Below are positions 35,225 through 45,235 of a stretch of DNA of 64,000 bases, in pieces. Position 1 is the first letter of the stretch. The number at the start of each line of letters is the position of its first letter. A model generated the notes under the pieces. The model had not been told where the DNA came from. It made no database searches and saw only the letters and a program-made list of their open reading frames with translations. The stretch covers positions 3,303 to 67,302 of the forward strand of contig CAZDIU010000002.1 in NCBI GenBank assembly GCA_964505535.1, given 5' to 3'. The position numbers were made by a program, and so were the translations under genes. The stretch is from an uncultured Desulfobacterales bacterium (GTDB lineage: Bacteria > Desulfobacterota > Desulfobacteria > Desulfobacterales > Desulfococcaceae).

Positions 35225-35418
35225 GTGTCCAATCCCTTTAAAATGGTTTGGAGATTGGGATAAAACTGATTGGTGACAAACACTGCTGCGTCTTCAAGTT
35301 CAGGATTTGTATAGGCAATGTCCGCCTGTGAAAGAAATCTTTCCAGCTTGCGGATTTCCTGCTCTGAAAATTCTATGATAACAGCAATGTCTCTGGGTTC
35401 CACTTTAACGAGTTTCAA
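35221..35418 (-). CDS. hypothetical small protein
   Basis: 65-aa ORF with ATGA coupling to the next gene. Confidence 0.4.
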   Translation of the reverse strand: MKLVKVEPRDIAVIIEFSEQEIRKLERFLSQADIAYTNPELEDAAVFVTNQFYPNLQTILKGLDT

Positions 35419-35421
35419 TCG

Positions 35422-35907
35422 TCACTTCCAATTCTGCGTAATATTCTGAAACGCACTGGTGCAAAGTTTTTCCCATTTCGGCTGATACACATCCGCCGCG
35501 GGACTGAACAGAGGCCGGGGTTTTCTGCCGCCCAATCCCTCTTCCACTGCAAGCCCGTATTCTTCCACAGACTGACCGGAAAAATTCACAGAACCCGGTT
35601 TCACACCGCCTGCCCATGTGTTCTCGTCTATCTTGATGACAGACAGACTTGCCCGCAATGCTCCGGTCAGTCTCCAGAAATCCAGATGTCCGACTGCCTG
35701 CTGCTTCCATGTTTCATATCCGGGATCGTAAGCCGGATAGCGCACGGGAAAGCTCTGGCTTACTATCATGTCAAATACGCTCTGCCGGTATTCAGCGGCT
35801 CCGGTGTAAGAAAGATTCCGGGCAGTCATAAGAGCAGACTGAACCATTTTTGTCATGGCTGTTTCCAGTCTGCGGATATCCGCATCCCTGAAGCGCACGG
35901 AAATCAT
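35422..35907 (-). CDS. head-tail adaptor (HK97 gp10-like) candidate
   Basis: Start MISVRF is set by the ATGA overlap with the upstream stop. Size and position are typical of this protein. Confidence 0.45.
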   Translation of the reverse strand: MISVRFRDADIRRLETAMTKMVQSALMTARNLSYTGAAEYRQSVFDMIVSQSFPVRYPAYDPGYETWKQQAVGHLDFWRLTGALRASLSVIKIDENTWAGGVKPGSVNFSGQSVEEYGLAVEEGLGGRKPRPLFSPAADVYQPKWEKLCTSAFQNITQNWK

Positions 35908-36518
35908 CTGGTATCCTCTGCAAGTGCGGCAATGGCAATGCCGGGATAGTCTCTGGTACGTACTGTTGCAACCTGCCATACCTCCGAACCAATCCGGACA
36001 CGATCCCCGGACTGCACATCGTGAGAAGCAGGCAGATACAAATCATTGGCATTGATGACAATGTTTCCTATCCGTCCAATGGATAAACTCATGAACCCGT
36101 AAGCAGGGTTCACAATTTCGGTTTCCACAACAGTCTGCTGGTAACTCACCGGATCGCGGACATGGGTCAGGCGCACAATCTGCGCTGTCACGTTTGCCAT
36201 AAACAGCAGGCATTCATATTCATACGGCCCGTTCTCAAACACTGCCGGGACTTTGCTGAGAACCAGAAAATCCGCATTCACCGAGGCAATGCGGACAACA
36301 CTGCCTGCGACTGCGGCAGAGGACGCGGGAAAGAATGCCCGGCGCAGATACGGGTTGCCCATGTCCTGTTCCGTGTCAATGTACTGGTCATCTGTCCATG
36401 TTCCGTTTTCATAAATCTGAATCCGGGAACCGATCTCCGCGTACACATCCGCAATGTCTTCGGCCAGTGTGCTCATATCATTCTCATTCAATATCTCCGG
36501 GCCACAGGGACGGTTCAC
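35904..36518 (-). CDS. head-tail connector block protein
   Basis: 204-aa ORF. Called from synteny only. Confidence 0.45.
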   Translation of the reverse strand: MNRPCGPEILNENDMSTLAEDIADVYAEIGSRIQIYENGTWTDDQYIDTEQDMGNPYLRRAFFPASSAAVAGSVVRIASVNADFLVLSKVPAVFENGPYEYECLLFMANVTAQIVRLTHVRDPVSYQQTVVETEIVNPAYGFMSLSIGRIGNIVINANDLYLPASHDVQSGDRVRIGSEVWQVATVRTRDYPGIAIAALAEDTR

Positions 36519-36948
36519 CTATGGTTTCATTGCCGAACCCGTCATAGGTGAGTCCTGTCCCTATTGCAACGCCGAACATCTCCGCTGCTTCCAGACCTGT
36601 CATATCCTCATTGTCTTTGAACTCCTGCCATTTGGCATCCAGTTCTGCAATCATATCCCGCAGATGTTCCCACTGCTGTTGCAATGAGAACGACTTGGCC
36701 TGAAACTTCATGGCCTTGTCCAGCAGAAGATAATTGAGCAGATGACGGCGGCACCGATCCGTGAACCAGCGGATCTGCGTTTTGTCTGTCAGAGGGAGAG
36801 ACCACCCGGTCTCCCCCCCTGCATCAGAAATCGCATTGTCCGAGTCCGTGACTGTATCTGCATCTGTTTCCGGATACCGGAAGGTCAGGCTGTCTGCCAG
36901 AGATTTCAGGCTGGCATACAGGCGGGGAATGAGTTCGTCATGCGTCAT
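36484..36948 (-). CDS. head-tail connector block protein
   Basis: 154-aa ORF downstream of the capsid gene. Confidence 0.45.
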   Translation of the reverse strand: MTHDELIPRLYASLKSLADSLTFRYPETDADTVTDSDNAISDAGGETGWSLPLTDKTQIRWFTDRCRRHLLNYLLLDKAMKFQAKSFSLQQQWEHLRDMIAELDAKWQEFKDNEDMTGLEAAEMFGVAIGTGLTYDGFGNETIGEPSLWPGDIE

Positions 36949-37191
36949 TTATCTTCTTTTCCGTTTCACCGGTTCCGGTTCTTCCGGTTCGGATTCTGCT
37001 GCAGGAGTTTCAAACTCCGGTTCCGGAGGAAGGGAAGCAGGCAGAACCGGTTTGATTTTTGCAATCAGTACCAGCCCTGACACAGCTTCCGGTTCGAGTT
37101 CAGCGAACTCTGCTGTATTTTCCTCAAAAGATTCGCCCTGATCAAATATCCGGGAGCCTTTCAGGGTCTGGAGAACTGTCAGTTTCCGCAT
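36949..37191 (-). CDS. small acidic protein
   Basis: 80-aa ORF with a Pro/Glu-rich C-terminus (PEPEFETPAAESEPEEPEP). Confidence 0.4.
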   Translation of the reverse strand: MRKLTVLQTLKGSRIFDQGESFEENTAEFAELEPEAVSGLVLIAKIKPVLPASLPPEPEFETPAAESEPEEPEPVKRKRR

Positions 37192-37200
37192 GATTCCACC

Positions 37201-38418
37201 TTACATGGCTGTCAGGATATAAACTGCATCCGGGTTGTACAGCACAGGCAGTCCTTTATCCTGCACACGGATGAACACGCCGTCCGGGTCCCATGTCTCC
37301 TTCCTGTCCACCTGCATTCCGTAGGTTCCGTTCAGGCCGAAGGGAGCGCGTTTGAACTCGCAGCTTTTTGTCCCCTGCACTTCCGGAGCGAACATGGTGA
37401 AGGTGTTGGTCGGGATAAACTTGCGGGTGACATACACGCAGGTTTTCAGTGCCTTGTAACTGTTGGTCGGTGCGACAGAAACCGTGATGGTGGACGCATT
37501 GGCATCCACGGATGCGATGACCAGTTTTTCCCGTTTGTTTTCTTCGGGGCAGTAGATATACAGACTGTCCCCCGCAGCATAATCCATTGCCTCATCCACG
37601 CTGAACACGGTTGTGGAGCCTCCGGTCACATTGGCAATCAGCCACGACCGGATCTGGAACATCTCATCATAAATGACAAAGGTGATCCCCAGCAGATCCG
37701 ACAGCACCTCTTTGGGCCGTGCGTACAGATCCCCGTTGCCGTATGCGCTTTTTTCCAGAATCTTCTGAATGTTCGCATCTTTCAGCATGGTGTAGAGCAG
37801 TTCGGTCGTGAGATAGGCTTCCGCATAGGCTGCGCCGGAGTCATTCTGCAAAGCAAGTTTGGCCGCAAGGATGTCTCCAATCATGTCCGAAGAGGTTCCG
37901 GAACCCCATTTGTAATCCGTGGTCAGCGTGACTTTGTGGTCAGCGGGAATGCCATAATCCACGCTGATTTTCACGTCATTGGGCTGTACATAGGTAAATC
38001 CGCCTTTGGTGATCATCTGAGCGATCATCCATTCTTTCCTGCGCCGGTTCCGGTTTTCCAGATCCGTCATCTGGCGGGCCAGATATTCCTGTGCAGTCTG
38101 TTTGGCAAGGGTGCCGGGCTTGCGGAGCTTGTTCAGGAAGTCGGACCCGAAGTGCATCCGCTCTTTCCAGTAGGCAACGCTCAGTTTGTGCAGGCCGTAC
38201 CCGCCGGGCGAGGTTTCCTTGGATTCGGAATCCGGAGCCGCAAAAGGCGCAAGCCCCCGGCTGCCCACAAAAGATTCCCATTCCGCGGTGTCACCTTCCA
38301 GATCCGCTTCTGCGAACTGGTTGGAGAAATACAGGTCAGGCGGCATAACGAACCGCTCGACCAGTCCCTGCAAAGTCGTCAACCTGAGTTCAGGTATGTC
38401 ATTGATGGAAACAGGCAT
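37201..38418 (-). CDS. major capsid protein (lambda gpE-like family)
   Basis: 405 aa. The pattern ...RNRRRKEWMIAQMITKGGF... and the C-terminus ...WDPDGVFIRVQDKGLPVLYNPDAVYILTAM parallel lambda gpE. Preceded by decoration-like and scaffold-like genes. Confidence 0.7.
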   Translation of the reverse strand: MPVSINDIPELRLTTLQGLVERFVMPPDLYFSNQFAEADLEGDTAEWESFVGSRGLAPFAAPDSESKETSPGGYGLHKLSVAYWKERMHFGSDFLNKLRKPGTLAKQTAQEYLARQMTDLENRNRRRKEWMIAQMITKGGFTYVQPNDVKISVDYGIPADHKVTLTTDYKWGSGTSSDMIGDILAAKLALQNDSGAAYAEAYLTTELLYTMLKDANIQKILEKSAYGNGDLYARPKEVLSDLLGITFVIYDEMFQIRSWLIANVTGGSTTVFSVDEAMDYAAGDSLYIYCPEENKREKLVIASVDANASTITVSVAPTNSYKALKTCVYVTRKFIPTNTFTMFAPEVQGTKSCEFKRAPFGLNGTYGMQVDRKETWDPDGVFIRVQDKGLPVLYNPDAVYILTAM

Positions 38419-38444
38419 ATGATCCTCTCCTTATAATGGCCTGC

Positions 38445-39155
38445 CTATTTCAGCAGGGTGTATTTTCCGTGGTCAACCGTGCCCAGATCTGTCTTTGCCT
38501 CGGAAGTCAGATTGATGAGCATGTCTGTGTACAGCATTGCATTGGACAGAATGATGTTCCGCTGCCCACCCTTTGCATTCACGCCCTCACCGGTGTCCGT
38601 GCCGCTTTCCAGAATGCCCTTTGCCTGGGTGAACGGGGCGGTGGCTTTGGTTTTGATGTAAACCCAAGCCGAATTTGCCACAGTGAAGTCAGTGGTGACG
38701 TTGTTGGTCACGGTCAGCACAGCTTTGTAGCTGTAAGTTGTCCGGTCAATGGCTGTAATCGCACCAAGGTCAACTGCGCTTGCACCGTTGGTGGCAGAAT
38801 CCGCAACAGCCAGTTCATCTCCCACAGCAAACTTGTAAGAATCTGTCATGAGAATATGCACTGCCGTGCTCGCGGCTCCGTCCACCATCAGATACGCAGC
38901 ACCAATGGCAGGCAGATCCCCGCCTGCCACAGGAGTTACCGGAACATAGGGCACGTAGGAGTTCTTGCGGGTTCCGGCCAGCACTGTGGCAATCACTGCC
39001 CCTTGGGGGACAATGCCGTATCCGGCCACCATGGTGATGTCATTGCGGAGAGCCTGGTCGAATTTGGATTTGAAGATCCGCTTGGGATCAATTTCCGTTC
39101 CCCGGACAACATACGGCGTGTCGCCGTATCCGGGCGTCCTTGTGATGTAGTCCAT
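38445..39155 (-). CDS. head decoration protein candidate
   Basis: 236-aa ORF directly upstream of the capsid gene, at the lambda gpD position. Confidence 0.45.
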   Translation of the reverse strand: MDYITRTPGYGDTPYVVRGTEIDPKRIFKSKFDQALRNDITMVAGYGIVPQGAVIATVLAGTRKNSYVPYVPVTPVAGGDLPAIGAAYLMVDGAASTAVHILMTDSYKFAVGDELAVADSATNGASAVDLGAITAIDRTTYSYKAVLTVTNNVTTDFTVANSAWVYIKTKATAPFTQAKGILESGTDTGEGVNAKGGQRNIILSNAMLYTDMLINLTSEAKTDLGTVDHGKYTLLK

Positions 39156-39158
39156 TGC

Positions 39159-40439
39159 TTATCTCCTCCCCCGGACGCTTGCTCCGGCTTTTTTGGCAAA
39201 CTGTGCCATACGGTCGATCAGATCTTCGTCTCTGCGTTCCTCAAAACTGTCCCGGCTGACATAGGTTCCGCCGCCTCCGGAAAACATGCCGTCCCAGTCT
39301 TTCAGTTCAATGTCCACAGCCTTTGTGAACTTCGCATGATCCAGCACACCGTGTTTCATGAACCTGGTGAAGGGAACGCCCATTTTGATTTTCTCGTATT
39401 TGTCCGCAGGAATGTCCGTGTCTGCAAACCGGTCAGCCCAGATCAGATCCGCTTCTGCTTTCACAGCTTTCATCTCGGCGCGGGCAAGACGCTTTTCCAT
39501 GTCGTACTGATGGCGCCGCATGGCTGCTGCCTCCCCGCTGGAAGGAGCGGCTTCGGCCAGCAGTTCCGGGAACTGCTTTTTGATCTGATCCAGCAGGGAT
39601 TTTGCCTCTTCCAGAGTCATGGTTTTTTCCTCGGATGTGGTTTCATCCGAAGGAGCATCTCCGGCCACTTCCTCTTTCACTTCCGCGACCACTTCGGGCA
39701 CGATTTCCTGTACAATCTCCTCTTTCACCTGCTCGACCACAGCAGGAACAATCTGCTCCTGCACCTGTGCTGCAATCTCAGGAACCAGATCCTGAAACAT
39801 GTTTCTCAGTTCTTTCAGGTCGTCTTTGGAAAATCTTGTCATTGGGTTGCCTCCCGTTCTGACTGTTTTATATGTTATATCAACAGGGGCGTCCGCATCT
39901 TTGCGGAAGGCTTTGGAACTGGTGTTCCTGTCCCATCCGAACACACAGATGGACGCCTCCATAAATTCCCATTTGCGCCACACATTCCCCGGCCCGGTGA
40001 ACACAAAGCCGTTGACTTCAGTTTCCGCACCTTCCGGAACCTCTTCCACTTCCACGGGTATTCCGTAAATGCTGGCCTGATACGGAAACCCGGATTTGCT
40101 GATTTTCCGGAACTTCAGGCTTTCCTCTGTATCGAGGAACACGGTTGTTTCCGGGTCAATGCGGAGAACATTGTTGTCTGCCAGCGGCGGGCCGGTGAAC
40201 GCGATCTTGTTCTCCTCAAAGTGATCTTCCAGTATCGGGTATTTTTCCCGCGGGAATATGCCGCCCTGCACATCAATCACCAGATTCCCCCAGAAAAAAT
40301 GATTCTCAATTATGCCTCCGGAATAGGCAATCATATCCAGTTTTTCCGTTGCGGTTTCACCCGCACTGCCGGAAAAAAATTTGCATCTTGCATTCGGGTC
40401 CCACAGCCGCAGGGCGTTGACAGTAAGCTGCTTATCCAT
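39159..40439 (-). CDS. capsid scaffold / maturation protease candidate
   Basis: 426 aa. The start is set next to the upstream stop. The central region is acidic E/V-rich (EQIVPAVVEQVKEEIVQEIVPEVVAEVKEEV). Sits at the lambda C/Nu3 position. Confidence 0.45.
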   Translation of the reverse strand: MDKQLTVNALRLWDPNARCKFFSGSAGETATEKLDMIAYSGGIIENHFFWGNLVIDVQGGIFPREKYPILEDHFEENKIAFTGPPLADNNVLRIDPETTVFLDTEESLKFRKISKSGFPYQASIYGIPVEVEEVPEGAETEVNGFVFTGPGNVWRKWEFMEASICVFGWDRNTSSKAFRKDADAPVDITYKTVRTGGNPMTRFSKDDLKELRNMFQDLVPEIAAQVQEQIVPAVVEQVKEEIVQEIVPEVVAEVKEEVAGDAPSDETTSEEKTMTLEEAKSLLDQIKKQFPELLAEAAPSSGEAAAMRRHQYDMEKRLARAEMKAVKAEADLIWADRFADTDIPADKYEKIKMGVPFTRFMKHGVLDHAKFTKAVDIELKDWDGMFSGGGGTYVSRDSFEERRDEDLIDRMAQFAKKAGASVRGRR

Positions 40440-40440
40440 G

Positions 40441-40698
40441 TTATCTGAATCCTTCGGGCGTGATGGCAATCAGTTTGTCATCCTTGAAATGCAGGTTGTA
40501 ATTCTCGTATTTCAGCACAGTGTCATCGGACGGTGAACGGGCAGTCGTCACATTCAGAAGTCCTGTTACTTCCGCAATGGTCATGCCAATCTGAATCAGT
40601 TGGATTGCGGATTCAGCCACCTGTGTTTTCTGCTCCGGTGTCATGTTTGCACAGGACAGAAAGGAAAAAATTGTCAATGCAATCAACAGCTTTTTCAT
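40441..40698 (-). CDS. small lipoprotein (BamE/SmpA_OmlA-like)
   Basis: MKKLLIALTIFSFLSC lipobox, then IGMTIAEVTGLLN...YENY, the pattern of BamE-like domains. Confidence 0.55.
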   Translation of the reverse strand: MKKLLIALTIFSFLSCANMTPEQKTQVAESAIQLIQIGMTIAEVTGLLNVTTARSPSDDTVLKYENYNLHFKDDKLIAITPEGFR

Positions 40699-41057
40699 AC
40701 TTCATAACCTCCTGTACTGGTCAGCGACAGCCAGCTTTTTGATGTTGCCAAATATCTCTCCGTCCAGTGCGTTGCGATCCCATCAATAGTGGCCTCCCAC
40801 AAAAACAGATAATAATTCCCGGCGGTAAAGGCTGATTTGGCAATCCACTGCCCATACCAGCCGGTCTTTGAATTCTGCTTTGCCGGTGTAAATGGCGAAC
40901 CGGTGATCTGTGTTGTTGCCGTTGAGGAATCAGCACCGGAATCCTCATATACAATCAGAGATATGGCAGTCGGATCAATCTTTGTTCCGTCCCCTTTATT
41001 GCACGGAATATCGAAAAAAATATAATCCTTCAATATCGGAAGTACCAGATATTTCAT
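40695..41057 (-). CDS. hypothetical virion protein
   Basis: 120-aa ORF, translationally coupled to its neighbours. Confidence 0.4.
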   Translation of the reverse strand: MKYLVLPILKDYIFFDIPCNKGDGTKIDPTAISLIVYEDSGADSSTATTQITGSPFTPAKQNSKTGWYGQWIAKSAFTAGNYYLFLWEATIDGIATHWTERYLATSKSWLSLTSTGGYEV

Positions 41058-41059
41058 GG

Positions 41060-41326
41060 TTATTTTCCGTTGACTGTATTATAGATATTGGTTCTGTGCC
41101 CGCCGTCCAGATAGGTCAGCAGCCCGTTTCCGGTTGTCAGCACCCCGGAAAATGTGGCCTGCGTGATTTCCAGATCCGTTCTGGGGAGTCCCTCAGAATC
41201 CAGAAAATAGGAATCCGTGGCCGTCACCCCTCCCAGCGCGGCAATCTCATCCTTAATTGACTGCCCAAGCTCCCGTACTTCCGCCAGTTTCCGTGCAAAC
41301 TGAATCGCTCTTGTCACTACATTCAT
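41060..41326 (-). CDS. hypothetical protein
   Basis: 88-aa ORF. Confidence 0.4.
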   Translation of the reverse strand: MNVVTRAIQFARKLAEVRELGQSIKDEIAALGGVTATDSYFLDSEGLPRTDLEITQATFSGVLTTGNGLLTYLDGGHRTNIYNTVNGK

Positions 41327-41359
41327 TTTAAAACTCCTTTCTTAAAAAAATCCCTGCAG

Positions 41360-42025
41360 TTAATTTCTCATCAGCAGCCCGCCAAACTGTGCAGGCCGTT
41401 TCCCGCCGTATATCAGGGGTTTTTTTGCCGTTTCCCCATACGGTGCAGTCGGCGGTGTGAAATCCGCTGTCCACACAGCTTCGTCACGGATGGCGATTTC
41501 GTCAATATTATAAACAAATGTCCCCGCTCCGCCGATTCTGAACGTACTTGTTGCAGGCGCAGGCTGGCAGGATGTCAATGTTTTTTTCAGCACCCCATCC
41601 CTGAAAAACAACATTGACGTGCCTGACTGAACTATTGCAAAATGCGTAAAATTGCTAAATGCGCCGGTTCCGATTGCAAAATTTCTGTATACGCCGTCTA
41701 TATAGCCGTATAACATGGTATTGGATACCGAACATGCTAAATAAACATCGAATTCAGTATTAGCGTCGCCCCACCTTACACTCAAAATGCCTGTTGTTGC
41801 CTTTATCCACAGATCAAACGTCCAACTCCCTGATATGGCGGGGACTGAAATGGTTAAAACATCACTGGTGCTTGTAAACAGAATGGAGCTATTCCCGAAT
41901 TTTGCATACGCGGTGTCATGCTGGACTTCCTCATAAGCCGTTATCGTCCGGGCATCCGGACTGGAATCCGTGAACGTGGTTGAGCCGTCCGTGGTGTCGC
42001 TGTGGATCAATAGCTTGAAGGCCAT
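41360..42025 (-). CDS. LamG/concanavalin-like jelly-roll domain protein
   Basis: The N-terminus LIHSDTTDGSTTFTDSS...FGNSSILF...WTFDLWIK...FAIVQSG..LFFRDG...IDEIAIRDEAVW is the usual phage LamG-domain pattern. Confidence 0.6.
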   Translation of the reverse strand: MAFKLLIHSDTTDGSTTFTDSSPDARTITAYEEVQHDTAYAKFGNSSILFTSTSDVLTISVPAISGSWTFDLWIKATTGILSVRWGDANTEFDVYLACSVSNTMLYGYIDGVYRNFAIGTGAFSNFTHFAIVQSGTSMLFFRDGVLKKTLTSCQPAPATSTFRIGGAGTFVYNIDEIAIRDEAVWTADFTPPTAPYGETAKKPLIYGGKRPAQFGGLLMRN

Positions 42026-42026
42026 T

Positions 42027-42554
42027 TTACGCCACCGTCACCGGCGCATTGGCTTCAGACAGCACAGTATCCGTCCCGGAAGCAATCCCAAGTCGCTGTG
42101 CAATATAGCCGCTGGTGAACACTGGAGCAGTTGCCTCCCCGCCCGGCGTGACGGAACTGAGGAAATACACGGTTCCGCCCGTAAGTCCGCTTTTTCCGGT
42201 GTTCTTCTGCCCCATGAGATACACTGTGGCATTGTTGCCGGACGTGACCGAGGCCAGCACAAAGCCATGCGCAGGCTTTGCCGTGGCCGCATCTGCCTTG
42301 CGGCAGCTCATTGTGCCGGTGGCATCATAGATATTGACCCAGTTCCCCGCGGACAAATCCTCGGTCGCTGGCAGTGTCAGCACTTCCCTGCCCACACCCG
42401 CAGGCAGCATGGTATAATCTACCTCTCCGGAACTGTTTGTTTTTATTTGTTTGTTTGCATCCGCAATTCCTGCGGATGTCGCAATGGCATCCGCAAGTGT
42501 GGTCTTGCCGTCTGTGTCATTGTATGTTAAATATTTTCCTGTCAATATTGCCAT
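42027..42554 (-). CDS. head-fiber/decoration-like protein
   Basis: 175 aa. Shares its C-terminal pattern with the next gene. Confidence 0.4.
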   Translation of the reverse strand: MAILTGKYLTYNDTDGKTTLADAIATSAGIADANKQIKTNSSGEVDYTMLPAGVGREVLTLPATEDLSAGNWVNIYDATGTMSCRKADAATAKPAHGFVLASVTSGNNATVYLMGQKNTGKSGLTGGTVYFLSSVTPGGEATAPVFTSGYIAQRLGIASGTDTVLSEANAPVTVA

Positions 42555-42566
42555 TATATCAATCTC

Positions 42567-43028
42567 CTATAGAAAAACCGGTTCTTCCAAACTCACCATC
42601 ATACTGTGCAATCCGGTCGGATACCCCACAATCCGGATGAAATTCCATGCCATATTCACTGTCTGCGTCATCAGGCCGTTCAGCCCCAAAAAGATCGGTT
42701 TGGTCACATCCCAATCCCACGAAGGCTCTGTCAGCGGGCCTGCGGACTGAACCTGAATATCACCGCCCATTGCTGCCGCGTGTGTTGTGATGCCTGCAAT
42801 CTGCATGGCCGTATCTGCATTGTCAGCGGACGCATAAAACGCGCTGCCTTCATTGGCATATACAACCCTGTGCCCTCCCAGAGGTTCTCCGGCAATCCAG
42901 ACCTGTGTGACTCGGCCAGTGTCTCCGCCGGACACACCAGGAGGACCCATGGGACCGGCAGGCCCCTGATCCGGAAGCTGCAGAATAACAACTTCCTTTT
43001 CCGGTATGACAAGGATGGTATCTGTCAT
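42567..43028 (-). CDS. protein with short collagen-like G-X-Y segment
   Basis: Start MTDTIL is set by the ATGA overlap. Contains GPAGPMGPPGVSGG. Confidence 0.45.
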   Translation of the reverse strand: MTDTILVIPEKEVVILQLPDQGPAGPMGPPGVSGGDTGRVTQVWIAGEPLGGHRVVYANEGSAFYASADNADTAMQIAGITTHAAAMGGDIQVQSAGPLTEPSWDWDVTKPIFLGLNGLMTQTVNMAWNFIRIVGYPTGLHSMMVSLEEPVFL

Positions 43029-43387
43029 TTTGCTGTCACCGTGCCAAGAACAGGAATGGTTCCGTACATGTAAACCCAATCATCGCCATACGGATCTGTG
43101 AACATGACATCATAAGGCCATACCCCGGCAGAAAGATCTGCTGTTTCCTCTTCTTCCAATGCCATGAATATTTCACCTGTGGACGGGTCAGGCAGAGTGA
43201 CCGTTAATGCTGCAATCAGCGGGGCTTCCCTGTCTCTCCGCTTGCGGATTTCACATTTCACAGCCCAGCCGGTCAGATCCATAGCGGTTATGCCATCTGA
43301 CTGCACAGCCTTTATATCAAAAAGAAACTTGGTTCCTTTGCGGATTCCCTTTTCTTCAGGAATATCAAATCTTGCTGCTTTGATCAT
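43025..43387 (-). CDS. hypothetical protein downstream of portal
   Basis: 120-aa ORF coupled to the portal stop. Confidence 0.4.
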   Translation of the reverse strand: MIKAARFDIPEEKGIRKGTKFLFDIKAVQSDGITAMDLTGWAVKCEIRKRRDREAPLIAALTVTLPDPSTGEIFMALEEEETADLSAGVWPYDVMFTDPYGDDWVYMYGTIPVLGTVTAK

Positions 43388-44997
43388 TGCTGTGCCTGCT
43401 CCGCGAGAATCTTTTTGGAAGGTTCTGCTTCCAATGTTTCCTGCACTGCCTCCTGATCAATGGACAAAGCCAGTTTAGGATACTGTTTATCTTCCATTGC
43501 CTTGAGCATTCTCATGCGCTTGTAGTTGGCATATCCGATTTTCTTTGCAAGTACGCCTCTGGGAATGCCAAGCCCCTCGGCCAGGGAAGCATGTTTCACA
43601 CCGAACAGGGCGCGGGCCATGCCTTCCAAATCCGTATTTTCCGAAACCGGGAAATTGATGTCTATCAGCCGCTCCGGTTCCACCCATGCTTTTTCTGTAA
43701 TTATTTCCTGTTCCCCGTCTGCATTGGTCTGAAATCCCACAGGGATTTCACCCGGAAACCATCTGTCCATTTTGCCAGCCGCTGCCTTGAGAAAGAACAC
43801 GGCAGACCAGAACTCATTGCGCAGCCATCTTTCAAAATAGGCAATCTCATCTGATGTGCGATCCGAATACGGGCCTTTCTGCGCTTTGGCAGAGGCAAAG
43901 GTTCCGGATGCACGGCCTGTCATCACGTCCTGGGGTTCGTTCAGTCCTGATGAAACCATATCCAGAATGTCTGTATCCTGTCCGGTCATGCTGGGAAGGT
44001 TGGGATTTATGGCTTTGATATCGAATCCCGGAGGAAGAACCCGGTTCTGACCCGGACGGGCAGGCGCGCCCACTCCGGACAGTTTTTTGTCCTTGTCCGA
44101 CATTGCCATGAAATTTTTGTAATCCCGCAGAGAAGCGCAGGTTGTCACAAACAGATGGGAAGCGCAGGCTTTCTTGTGGTCAATTTCGTATTCTTTGAGG
44201 CGTTCATAGTGGTTGATCCATTTGATTGTTGTGCGCAGATAGGCAGTGGAACGGCGTGTGACCATGCCTTTGTTCCATTCCACAATGAATCTTCGGTATC
44301 CGCCGATGGGTTTGAACGGAGAAAAGAACCCCCGGTCACGGGCAGCTTTCTGGTATTCCCGGTTCCATCCGGAATGGGTGCGGGCATCCGCAATCATCTC
44401 CGGGAACCGTGCGATATTGATGGACGGAACCTGCTCAACAGGGCCGTATTTTCTGCGTCCTTCCGGATCTTCCACCCGGATATTGTAAAACAGGGGAAAG
44501 GTGGGCTTGCGGGAATGATAGATAATGCCGGTGTCATCGTCTCCGTTGCCGGTAATGGTTTTGGGATCAACAAAATCCACTTCCACAAAACCGTTCCGGT
44601 GAATGCTCAGGGACAGGAACAGTTCACCTTCAATGAGCGCACGGCCTGCAAACTTGGGCCACAGATCCCAGAGCCGGTTGCGGGGATCAAGTTCGGTTTT
44701 CTCAATGGCATTCTGGATGGGCCATACCGCAGAGGATGTTTCAAAGCCAAGTCCGGTAAGGCGTCCCACAAGGCCACGGACTGCGGTGTTGATCTGGGGA
44801 TTATCCTGAAACTTCTTCCAGCATTCATCCTGCAGACCTTCCCGGCTGAGCGTTGATTCTCTTCCAAGTGAACCTCCGCCCACAGGAAATCCGTCCGCGT
44901 CCACTGCCGGGGCTTCAGAAGTCAGTCCGAATTTCATCCGGGCAGCAACCTCGTTTGGCATATTCTTTATGAACTGTTCTATTTCCTGTTCGTTCAA
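43384..44997 (-). CDS. portal protein
   Basis: 537 aa. First gene of the late operon after the double terminator. Size and position are typical. TTG start; an alternative ATG lies 12 codons downstream. Confidence 0.65.
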   Translation of the reverse strand: MNEQEIEQFIKNMPNEVAARMKFGLTSEAPAVDADGFPVGGGSLGRESTLSREGLQDECWKKFQDNPQINTAVRGLVGRLTGLGFETSSAVWPIQNAIEKTELDPRNRLWDLWPKFAGRALIEGELFLSLSIHRNGFVEVDFVDPKTITGNGDDDTGIIYHSRKPTFPLFYNIRVEDPEGRRKYGPVEQVPSINIARFPEMIADARTHSGWNREYQKAARDRGFFSPFKPIGGYRRFIVEWNKGMVTRRSTAYLRTTIKWINHYERLKEYEIDHKKACASHLFVTTCASLRDYKNFMAMSDKDKKLSGVGAPARPGQNRVLPPGFDIKAINPNLPSMTGQDTDILDMVSSGLNEPQDVMTGRASGTFASAKAQKGPYSDRTSDEIAYFERWLRNEFWSAVFFLKAAAGKMDRWFPGEIPVGFQTNADGEQEIITEKAWVEPERLIDINFPVSENTDLEGMARALFGVKHASLAEGLGIPRGVLAKKIGYANYKRMRMLKAMEDKQYPKLALSIDQEAVQETLEAEPSKKILAEQAQQ

Positions 44998-45085
44998 TAG
45001 ATTTTCCCTGTTTTTGATATAGAATTTTTCTATAGTAAAAACGGTATTTCCTGAAAAAGCAATATATTTTTTTATTTACGGCAGG

Positions 45086-45126
45086 TTACGGAGACAAAAA
45101 AAGGCCGTTTTGACGTTGATTCACGT
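45086..45126 (-). terminator. rho-independent terminator (early/late boundary, 2nd of tandem pair)
   Basis: Perfect 14-bp stem GGCCGTTTTGACGT/ACGTCAAAACGGCC, followed by T7 on the minus strand. Confidence 0.7.
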
Positions 45127-45179
45127 CAAAACGGCCTGTGAAATATTTTTGGAATATTTGGGCGCGGGCGCGCTGGAAA

Positions 45180-45216
45180 CAAAAAAAGGCCGGATCACCC
45201 CGAAGGGTGTCCGGCC
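45180..45216 (-). terminator. rho-independent terminator (1st of tandem pair; partly bidirectional)
   Basis: Stem GGCCGGATCACCC/GGGTGTCCGGCC with a CGAA loop. T8 follows on the minus strand and T4 on the plus strand. Confidence 0.7.
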
Positions 45217-45235
45217 TTTTGAATGCTGTTCTGTT

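Noticed and set aside
38436-40448. A 670-aa plus-strand ORF.
   Set aside because: It is antisense to the decoration and scaffold genes of the tightly coupled late operon. The translation is Cys/His/Phe-rich and non-protein-like.
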